DNA of 64,000 nucleotides from the human T2T-CHM13v2.0 reference genome, Homo sapiens: the NCBI RefSeq assembly GCF_009914755.1, contig NC_060934.1; one strand, 5' to 3'. Of this stretch, positions 44,887-58,393 are shown one piece after another. Under the pieces are notes generated by a model. That model saw only the letters and a program-made list of their open reading frames with translations. It was not told where the DNA came from and searched no databases. The translations under genes and the position numbers were made by a program. Numbering within the stretch: position 1 is the first letter of the stretch; each line of letters starts with the position of its first letter.

Positions 44887-45684
44887 CTGCAAGGCAGAAA
44901 TAAATAAATCAGTATTAAACATCTTAGATTTTCGTTATTAAACAAAATGACTGACAGATAAGGGCTTTAAAAAATGTCTGAGTAAAACTGAGAAGACAAT
45001 TTCTACTAAACACTATCTCAGTGGGAAGTATATTTTGTGGAATTATCAAAACAGGAAGATCATGGTTTCACACCTGAATTACTAAAATAATGATCAACCC
45101 AGAGCCTCGTTCCATATGAGCAACAAAACATGCAAAATCTATTTTATTTCAATAGTGTATAATGACAAACTTTGACTCTATTATTATCAATCAATTTGGA
45201 TAAAAAATATTATACATGATCTCTGTTATACACAAGTCTTGATATATATACTAATCCTTAGGGGAAGAGATATGCTTTATACATGAAGAATGTAATAAAC
45301 ATAGGATGAAAATTATGTCTATGATTGAATATATTCTTCCAAATGATTGTATGATATTTTCTTTATGTTAATTCTAAAAATAATACAAACTATTGGCTGT
45401 CCTTGCAGGGTCAATTATAATATTAGAAATTAAGTGAAGAAGTTTTTAGAGCTTTAATAGCCAAATATTCAATATTACATAAAGATTTATAAAGTTCACA
45501 CATCACAAGATGGTGAAACGTTTGACTATACTTGAGGGGGAGAAAAGAATATAGAGTTTTCAAAGTTGAATGTTACTAATAAATAATGAAAATGTTCTAT
45601 GTGTTATTTTTTAAGCAGTTAAAGTGTTAAACTGATGCTGTCAACCATGTTATGTAGAATTAATCAATCAGTGTAATGAAGAAT

Positions 45685-45718
45685 TATTACAAAGAGGCAC
45701 ATATTACAAAGAGGCACA
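45685..45718. repeat. Perfect 17-bp tandem duplication
   Basis: tattacaaagaggcaca twice. Confidence 0.9.
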
Positions 45719-47037
45719 TGCATAACTTTCTAAAATCCAACAAAAGAATCTCTGTAGAAAAATTTTTAAAAAATGTTGAGGCCTTCACAAAGTAATTCTA
45801 CTTATCAGAAAGCATCTTGTATGGTTTATGCATTGTATATTGAAACTGTTTGTAAAAAAAAGTAAATACAATGCTTACTTAAGCTTCTCAATTGATTCTT
45901 TAAAATGGTTCTGCAGTGAATTTCGTAGAGTGCTTACACGGTTCTGCCAATATTTATAAGACTGATAATTCTTCCAGAGCCTTTAGAAATTGTAGACATT
46001 TTCAACTTTTACCAAATTTATATTTTTCAGAAATAATTCAGGTAGGGAAAGCTCATATTTAGGTTTAAACAATGACAACTGAGTCATATACCTTATAAAA
46101 TATCCAACCAAAGCCAGGCTTTATTTTTTAGACGATTTCTTCTGACTCCTTTTATTAGCAATGTTTTCCATCAATGTGAAAAATAAAATATCAATAGATA
46201 AACTATAACTCAATGTTAATGTTTCCATTCACATTTTTGTTGCCTTTTATTTGGTTATTTGTATTGCTTGTCTTGGCTCAAAGGCAGAAAGTTACTTGAA
46301 AGAGGTACATAACAGAACTACTACTTTACCTGTGTGCTTTCAAAACATGACTATTGATACTTATAAAGCCAGTTCATATAATATCGATGCACCTCTTTAT
46401 GCAATTTATAATCAATTGTATTATTTATTTTATATCATGTATATGTATCACTGTTTACTTTTAACAATAAGGACAAATGTTTGGTCATCTTTCTTAAGTC
46501 TTTATTTAAAAGGTATCTAATAATTTCTTATGCATTAATGAGATCATAATAAATATTGAGAAAAAAGTGTTACTTTTCTCCTCTCTGGTTGTCAGGTTGT
46601 AAGCAGTTAGGGTTTGAGAGGAGGAAGAATATTTAGGCTTGTGTACTCAAATAATACTAAAAGGTCTCATATAGAAGATATTTTAACTGACTTTTATAAT
46701 GTATCATAATGACATTAGGAATCTCCAAATACAATGTGTCAGAAAAAGACTGGCTTAAATATAAAACACAGGTATCTATGTTTCAATTAAAAAGTACAGA
46801 ATAATAACAAAACTTTCAGATTATGTAAATAGTAAAATGTTATAGAAAAAGGCAATATAACAATTTAATAGGGCTGTAGGTACCTACACAAATATGTTTT
46901 TTGGACTTCTCTTATTTCTTTTGTTACTATTTATAGATTTATCAAGAAATTATAAATTTTACATTTGCAAAAAGCTGGTGTAGATATTAGCTTAGAAAAG
47001 ACACACTCACATTAAAGGCTTACACAATTGTGAATAC

Positions 47038-47103
47038 CTTGTCAGAGTCCGCCAAATAGCACAAGTTCTCATGCATATGACCAGCTGCCAACAAAAACTC
47101 CAA
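47038..47103 (-). CDS. PCDH15: PCDH15 66-nt cassette exon: (I)WSFCWQLVICMRTCAIWRTLT(R)
   Basis: tttctttctttcactgaaaaacttcag| ... ACAAG|gtattc, phase 2 to 2 with no stop. It joins in frame with the 19, 39, 71 and 109 nt exons. Confidence 0.75.
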
Positions 47104-47985
47104 CTGAAGTTTTTCAGTGAAAGAAAGAAAAAAATCACGTTCAAGAACCCCAAGAAAGTAATTACTCTTGATTTCGATGAAAAGATTTTGAAGCAGATGG
47201 GCTAATAAAAATAATCAGATTTACAGATTGTTTTCTGTCTGATCTTGGTAACTAGGAATGCCAGGTCAAATTATTGAAGAAATATGAGGGATGAAGAAAA
47301 CCTCTGAAATAACGCATTGAAGGGGGCTCTCAACTTATATTCATATACTTCCAATAGTAATTATCAGGTATGAGTTTTGCCTGTATTTTAGAATTGTACC
47401 CTTCTCCATGCAAACTTATATCTTCTAAAATCTTAAAACTCCAGAGTGTTTTATAAGTATTTGTTTTAAACACTTACATGTGCATTCAAAATGTGAACTT
47501 CCAGTAAATAAAACCTATTCCATGTGTTTCATGGGAAAAACAAAGTAATTACTTGATGGTCACATATTATACATTATATACTAATATTGAAAGTATAGTT
47601 TCCTTAGGAAGGAAGGGACATAGATAGTATCTAGCTTAAGTGATGCTGTTCGAATTTAACAATTGGAGCACTAAGAACTATTACTACAACTACAGAAATC
47701 TCTTCCCAGAGTATACAGTTTTATTTTCTTTGTTTAAAACAAAGAGCAGAAACCTAGGTAAAAGAGTGATTGATAGTTCAGCAAATATCACTTCTCTTGG
47801 TTTTTCTATTTAAGCTTTTTATATTTCATTTATTAAACTGAAGATCATACTTTCTTTAAAAAGGAATCTTATGAAAAAATTTAAATTAGGGAGATGATTA
47901 ATAATATGAACAAACAAAATTAAACAGCACTTTTTAAGCATCTGTTGGAACAATGAAATGCCTTACAAAAGTCAACGACTCAAGA

Positions 47986-47991
47986 TTTATT
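47986..47991 (-). terminator. PCDH15: Probable polyadenylation signal (AATAAA) of CD1 transcripts
   Basis: AATAAA on the minus strand about 740 nt after the CD1 stop, followed by GT/T-rich sequence. A second AATAAA lies at 48184-48189. Confidence 0.6.
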
Positions 47992-48071
47992 TTCATTATA
48001 AAGAAGGGAAGGGAAAGCACAATGAGAAATAAAGAGAATAAGACAGCAACTGAAAAAGTATAAGATTTATC

Positions 48072-48111
48072 AAATCCATAAGCATACTACTAAATCCATA
48101 AGCATACTACT
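48072..48111. repeat. Perfect 20-bp tandem duplication in the CD1 3' UTR
   Basis: aaatccataagcatactact twice. Confidence 0.92.
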
Positions 48112-48730
48112 AAGATAAAAGCAAGTCAGAGTAAAAGATGTTCTTATCAGAAAACAGATGACTACATGTTATAGCACCTGAGATTTATTTTGAAATACCT
48201 TATGTCTGTCATCTCCTACAATCTAGGTACATTATATTTTACTTCGGTAGTATTTCTTCTTACCAAATACATAGGCTTCAAGAAAAAACAGAACCTATCA
48301 ATCATATCAGTTTTAACTTATTTGTAACAGTCTGCTTTTTTCTTGGAACATTCATATAAAACTACGATCAAAAACTAAATGTAAATGTTACTGCATCCAC
48401 ATGATAGACATGCCTTTGGTTTAAGTTGGGTATCTAATTTTCATGCCCACATATTCCCACTAAAAAAGAGATTAAAATTACTTACTTTTCAAATAAATGT
48501 AGAACAAATTATGCTACTTTGTAGTTTTTAAAAAGTAAGGTAAATCTATTATATGAGTGAGTTAGTAGTGATGAGGTTAATATCTTTTTAAATTAAAAAC
48601 GAGAAAAAAAACTGCATTTCATTGAATTTGGGGTAAAATAATAGAGTCTTCTTTGACGTTCAAATTTGATGTTCAACTTGAAGACTATGATCAACAAGAG
48701 GTTTGCCCGACTAAAATAAGAAAAGCAACA

Positions 48731-50284
<1,554 letters not shown>

Positions 50285-50867
50285 TCATGAGAAAGATGTT
50301 TTTATGGCTCTCATTACTATTAAATACTTAAAAACATCAAAGGCCAAACAACACTAACCTACTAAAGCAAGACATTATTTTAATTCCCTGCTCTTAGAAA
50401 GGCAGGGCAGAAAAATCTTAGAGTTGTGAGAAGAATGAGAAATGTAAATGAAAAAAAAAGTACTCATCTCTAGATTATTTTGGAAGAGAGTATTTTTTGT
50501 TTTTGTTTTTTTTCAGCTAGTGTGATACAGCAAAGCATCCATGTCCACACGTAACAGTTCCCTTATGCACAAATCACAGTTCTTCCCATTGCAGAACACC
50601 ATCCTTGCCTGAGGATGCTCAGGGCTGCCTGTTACGCATAGAAGATTCTTAGCTGTATCTGATTCAGTACTTCTGTCCTAGAGCCAAAAGTAATCTCCTC
50701 TCTGAGCCATCATGTGGAATATCCTGTTCTCCAAATTAAGAGAATTAAAATCACCAAGGACAGATGGGAGTTTGTCTCACAGCCCAAAAATCACAATTGA
50801 GAAATTGAATGTATGCTAGAATTGTGACAGAGGAGTTTTTCTTCTGTTTAAATTTTGTGCTTAATTA

Positions 50868-50941
50868 GTTTTAAAACCTTATACATAATACCAATCAGGA
50901 AAAATTGTTTTAAAACCTTATAAATAGTACCAATCAGAAAA
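50868..50941. repeat. Imperfect tandem duplication, 39-bp period
   Basis: gttttaaaaccttata(c/a)ata(a/g)taccaatcag twice. Confidence 0.85.
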
Positions 50942-52007
50942 GATGTTGTCAGTAATTTCTTAGACTGATCTGGATCAAATTTTACTTAAAACTCACCTTA
51001 ACAAAAAGATTGATGCTAAAAAAAAAATCACTTTTTGATATCACTGAAAGGCTTACTTATGCACGGAAACTGAATCATAGGTAGTTGTGAGTCATAAATA
51101 AAGTTGCATACATCAAAGATCACAAATTAAATGGCTCTAAGGAAAGCATTTGGACCCTTCTCCCAGGATTGTTGGCTGATTGATAGGTGGTTCCGAATTC
51201 TCATTAGCTTTTACTCTCAAGCCAAAACAGAATAACATTTATTTTAGTTACTGCTTAATATTTACCCACTTAGCAGGAATGAAATAAAAAAGAAATATTC
51301 TGAATAGAAATTAACTAGCCATATTGAAAAATTAGGGTGATAGTTTAGGCAACAGAATAATAAAGCCACAGTTGTTAATGTGTCTTTTGGCAAAGATACG
51401 AACTATAAGAAAGAGAAAGAAACAATTCACACAGGTAGACCTGGAGCATCAAGCCTACTTGGACAACAAAGAAAATTCAGACAATCTGGACTAATCAGAG
51501 TGCAAACAAACACTTTTACTCTTCGAATCTTGAAAAGTATTTTTCAAATATGGCACGAACAACTGGGATTGATATTATATACTGGTTGTTTTTGTAAACA
51601 AACATTTGTTCGTGGTTTGATTTCTCTTGGAAAAGCACCCAATGGATATAACAATATCACATCACTTTGACTAAAAGAAATCTATAAATAGGTTTCTATT
51701 TATAGATTTGTAAATTTTAAGTTCTTAAAATTTAAGAATTTTTAAAAACTAATTTAAAAAAATTAAAAACAAGGAGAATTTTGAAATTCCTTTCAGTAGG
51801 CACAGGTACCATCACAGCGAACACATGTTTTAAGCTCATGCCATCAAAAGGAAATTGGGTGTGGAAGACAAAACTTTCCTTTTAACAGTAAGTGAGTCTG
51901 TGGCAAAAGATGAAGATCACTGTATTTACAGTACAACAGCATTTTAATCTGTTCTATTGTATCTATTTTTCTAACGCTCTTCTATTAGAGTGATATTATT
52001 TACTTAC

Positions 52008-52013
52008 TTATGC
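52008..52013 (-). CDS. PCDH15: PCDH15 6-nt alternative microexon GCATAA, giving (M)H(N/K)
   Basis: Long pyrimidine tract then acatag|GCATAA|gtaagt. It yields the GDSS-MHN-LFLL and GDSS-MHK-YEMPQ junctions I recall from PCDH15 isoforms. Confidence 0.88.
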   Translation of the reverse strand, partial: A

Positions 52014-54263
52014 CTATGTATCCACAGGTGAGAAACAGAAAACATGTGATAGAAAAAAAGAAGTTTTTACTAGAGTTAATTTAAAACAATTCTGAAAATA
52101 TGAGCAGGAACTTGCTTTAAACAAACACTTAGTACGTATATCAAAAAAAAGGCATGTTTTTATATTTTGTTATTATTCATATGAATGACATTTAATAGTA
52201 GATGAAATCAAATGACATTATTTGAATGTCTTTTCACAGAAAATTGTATCTAATAAAGTCTGTTTACTATACATAGATAAAAATTCACTTCTATTAAACC
52301 TGGATGATGCCAATCCTAAAATAAAAATTTTAAATGAGAGTTTAAAAATTGCTTCTATGATGTCTTAACTCTGTAAAACTGGTTAATGCACACTGACTTT
52401 TAAAGTAGATATATTTTGTTTGGAAGAAAGTAAATATACAACTACTATGATGACAATTAATTACAAAGTAATTATAGCATTCATAGGAAGTTATCATACG
52501 AAGTTATTACTTTGTGAAGTAGTTTTTCCAAAATGATCTTTGACTTTGTTCTTTTTAAGATAATTGATAATAATCATTTAAAACTAATTCATTTTCTAGT
52601 AACTTAATGCTTAGAATTCCTGTAAAAAGTTCTTGAATAGATAGATAGGTTAAACATTTACTAAAGATAAGATAATTAAATATGTAGAACTTACTTAAAC
52701 TATTTCAATGAATACATATATTACAATTGCAAAATCTACTGAGTCTACTACAATTGTTCAAGTAAAAATAATCTTAGGTATTGCTATTTGAAAATTACTG
52801 TCATCAAACTATGCTGATTCCAGATGATGTTATAGTATACCTGTTCTTATTAATTTAAAATGAATACATAATTCATTAATTTCATATATAAACACACAAC
52901 TTTACACATAATCCTTTTTTTTAGTTTCTAAAGATCTTTGCTTGAGAGAGGTCATTAACATACTCAAATAGAATCAAATCATATTGGCTCAATTCCTACA
53001 TTCACCAATAATTAATTACAAAAGAAACAATCATTTTTCAACTTACAAAAAAGGTGAAAGCATATATCTAAAGCATGAACCCTGTATTATGTCCTTATTT
53101 TGGAAATAGAATGTCATGCTTTAACCTATTATAAATTCAGATTTTGTGTTAAAATAATAGCATTAAGATCAATTTTAACATTAATACGACTATCCTAAAC
53201 AAAACCTTGTATAACATTATTAATATGGTAAGTAACCTGAACACATTTGTTTAAAACCAGCTTTTCCATTACCAGGTCAATTTCATGATTTTTTAGGCTT
53301 TTCTTATTGCTACTAGTAACTGATACGGATGTCACATGTAATAACATGTTATAGTCCTTCTACTCCATCAAATTCCAGTTAATAAAAGGTTTTCTGGATT
53401 TAATTGTCATATTCAAAATTGTAAAATATTCTTGGTTGTTTTACATATCATGTCCAAAAGCAGTTATTCTTGAATTTTTAAAATACTGACAAACTGAACA
53501 TCACCATAAGGAATCCAATTATGAGGGTAGCATCATTATACAAGCAACTGTGAGGTCTTTTAACAGTTACCAGTGTCTTTCAAAAATGTATGATTTTTTA
53601 AATAGTGACTACAAGTTTCAAATCGTGCAGGAGAAATATTCGGTAATCACCGCAGTCTGAGAGTAATAAAGTGAAAAAAGCATTTTCTAAGTAGTTGGGA
53701 ATTTAATATAGAAATTCTGTAATTTCATTGAGATTTTAATTTCTATATCATATAACGTCCTAAAAGTAGTATCTCAGAAAATACTACGATTTTAAACCAG
53801 AGAATTTGGTTTTGATTACCAAATAGGGATCGGTTTGGATACCTAATCAGGATTACTATTTTATGATTGTGCTTTATTTCTCTCGTCTCCTATGCAAAAA
53901 TATATTTTTCAGAATCTATTTATATATTTATACATATATACATATACATTATATATATGTAAAAATGCATGACCCTGAGGATTGAGATATTAAATATTAT
54001 ACTCAAGCTATAAATGTGCAATTGTCTCCTGAAGTTGAATTCTGCTTTTCTCTTAGCTTTCTTTAATTTCTGGTTTGGTTTTGGCTATTATTTTTCAACT
54101 TAACCTTTCTTAGATTTTCGTCTTAACAAATTTTCTCTTGAAAATGATAGAATAAAATAAATAGTCCATGTAGGCATTTCCACATCAGATTGAAATTAAA
54201 TACTCACCACACAGAATTCAGTAAAACCCAACTACTTCTCAGAGTTCCTGAACGGTCTACTTA

Positions 54264-54455
<192 letters not shown>

Positions 54456-54920
54456 TTAGAAATCATAATGCTTATCAATAAGCCACCTTTTAATAATGGG
54501 GTCCAGTTATCAGGGGAACCCACTAAAATTATTTTACACAAACATCAATTTATAAACAGATGTAATTACAAAAGCATCCCCACAGGGTATCATTTGCATA
54601 TAATCCCTGCTTTGTTCTTGAAAATAGCTATCTCTTGAATAAGGGGTAGAATTCAGCAGACATATTTGCAAATTAAATTAAATGATAATCTTAGAGAAAG
54701 CAAAATTTTAATTAAAATGGGATGGATAATTAATTGGTAGTTTAATGAATCTCTTTCATAAGATGAGGCATATTAAAGATAAGATAGATAATTTTTCTTT
54801 ATTATTTGTCTTTTAAAGTTATTTGAAATGATTTGAAACATTTTTGACGTTATTTCACAGAGGCTGTACACACACGTACAAGGGAAATTTGGTTAGCTTG
54901 TATATCCTTTAAGATTCCTA

Positions 54921-55211
<291 letters not shown>

Positions 55212-55427
55212 CTATAGGCAAACTATCTTTTTCACATTTATGCAAGTTACGTCCAATTGTCTAAAATCAGCTCAATTCTATATATATCAAACCAAGAAAT
55301 AAACTATTACAAACGCAAAACAAGGGAATAAGATGTGGTTCTGAGCAGGCTGACTTGATTGATATAATCTCGGGTTTCTCTTTTCCTATTACATGAAAAG
55401 GATGTGTAAAATGTTAATTATACTTAC

Positions 55428-55436
55428 ACTTTAAAC
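55428..55436 (-). CDS. PCDH15: PCDH15 9-nt microexon GTTTAAAGT, completing (Q)FK(V)
   Basis: Pyrimidine tract ...ctttcccaaacag|GTTTAAAGT|gtaagt. It supplies the residues in SYRQ-FK-VRQAE that link the TM exon to the next exon. Confidence 0.93.
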
Positions 55437-56884
55437 CTGTTTGGGAAAGCAAGAGTAAGAAAAATAGAAAGCTACATTAGAACTATTGCATTAATAACAT
55501 TTTAACATCTGATTTATTCTAAATCATGAATAATTTATACGTTAAATTCATAATGACAGAGTTAATGACAGACTAAGAAAACTAAGTATATCAATTCGAA
55601 AGGTGAAAATAGTATCGTTACCGTTAGAGTCATTCAAGCCATTAAAATATCCATAACAGAAAAATAAAGAAATGAACTACATAGAATAAGAAAACTGGAT
55701 TAAAATGTAAATGTGAGAATTTCAACTCTAGTGGAAAAATGGAATATTAAAGATGACCTGACCTTTATAATTGGCTTCTTGGTTTACCCTGCTTGAAGAA
55801 TATTACAGGAATGGAGGGAGGTAGCAAGCCCTGATTATACTCTTGGCTTCACTTTGAAGCTGAAGCTACAATTGGAAGGTCCTACTCTTGGGTAATAAAT
55901 TTATGACAGTTTTTACATATTTGCTTTTTAGTTTCCATTCATAGAAAAGTTCAAAGGCATATCATTATATAAAAGGATAGCTATTCATTCTTACCTTATT
56001 TGCAAGCAAATATCAAGGTACAAATGTTAGGTCTTTAAATATTAGAATTTTACTTTGCTATGTGAGCAGAGAAAAACTCATTTTGTTTAATTATGTTAAT
56101 CTATAAAAAGCAGTAACTAAATTCATATGGTATTGAGCTGATTATCAAACTAAAGGAGAATTAAATAATGCGTCTATAAATTATTTAAATATTAAACATC
56201 TCAAGTATTTGTTGTATTTCAGACTACCTTGTATAACATCCAGAGTGCTTCAGTTTTGATCATTGCATACTGTGCCAAATACAAGAATTTTTCTCACTGA
56301 TTTTCTTGCTAGCAGGATATAATAAAGCTCCTTTGGAAAATAGTTAAGTGTAAAAAGATAACTGGTAATACGGAATGGATTTAACATTATAATTAATAAT
56401 GGGTTGATGGCTTAATAATTTAAAACAATTTGTTCAGTATTAATTTTGTTCATCAGCTTTAGATTTAGCATATCAATTGATTGGTTAAGGACACATTAAG
56501 CTCCAGTATATCAACCTTAATGCTGTATTTGCAACTTCACATTGCTTTTGAGGTAGAAAATATTTCTGTAGTTTCAGGTTGGAATTACTTGAAAAGTAAT
56601 GACCTGCTTGAAAAATATTAAAGGAATGGAGTCATGCAGCAAGCCCTAGTTATACTCTTGGCCTCACTTTGAAAAGGAAGCTAGAATTGGAAGGTCCTAC
56701 TTCTGCATAACGAATTCATGATACTTTTTTTCATATTTGCTTTTTAGTTTCCATTCATAGCAAAGTTCATTCAGAGCATACATTTGGATTTTCAGGTTGG
56801 AATTACCTTACCTTATTCAATTCACAAGAAAATTTTAAGTATTTGAGAACAAAGATGACAGTTTAAGAATACATAAGGACTATT

Positions 56885-57205
<321 letters not shown>

Positions 57206-58171
57206 TTAGTATTTCCTCTGTAGGTAGTTTAAATGATGAATAGCAGTTCTACCATTATTTCTTATTGTTTATTACATAAAGTAGTTTACATGATTTATTA
57301 TTCCTGTCTGCTATTTATTTTCTTTTTGTGGCACACTCAGGGCTACTTCTCTTCTTAATCAGCTCCCCAATTTTTTCAAGTCATTGTCTATAGAAATATA
57401 CTTAAAATGTGTGGCTCTCTATCACAAAGCTTCCCCAGACCTAGTGTCAAAGAATATATTACTAACCTACTTCAAATATGGATGTTTAAATTAGTGATAA
57501 TTACTTGACTACTCTAGATAAGTTAAATACAATTTTAAAATATGGATATTGTCAATGGATGCACTTGACTGCAGGAACCAGAAAAATTAAGAGCCTGCAC
57601 AGCCAGAACATGCTGTCAAATAGTACACTAAAAACTCTGGCAAAGCACCCAGGAAGGAAGAAACCACATAGAAAATTACATCTTATATGCTATGATTTTA
57701 CAATGCTTTTGCTAACACTGTGATCATTTGCACAAAGGCAAATTTAACAGTTTGGATAAAAACCTATCATGACAATGTCGCGAAGTTATTGACCTTCCTT
57801 TGGAGCTGGGCAGAGTGGGTATCTGCATATGACATTCCATTGCTTTTACCCCAGGATACCTGTTACCTTCTCTCCCAAGTTGGCTCTTAAACAAAAGAAG
57901 AGCATAAACAAAGCCACAGGAACTAAGGTGATATTTCTATTGAAAGAGACCAAATTAGAATCACAGGAATATTGGGCCATCAGTGAAAAATGTACTGGGA
58001 GTTTGTACTGTTTTCCTTTTGAAGAAAATCATTTGGTACGAGATAGATAGATAAAGCAATCTCAGAGTAGTTGCACCATCAATATTTTACAACGCAAAGC
58101 CATGTTACCAGAGATGGTTTTCTGCAATGACTTCTGAGGAACTATCCAGGTTTACCATCCTTGAATACTTA

Positions 58172-58393
<222 letters not shown>

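Noticed and set aside
52695-52699. Possible 5-nt microexon aatag|TTTAA|gtaagt
   Set aside because: No pyrimidine tract, frameshifting, and likely by chance in AT-rich DNA.
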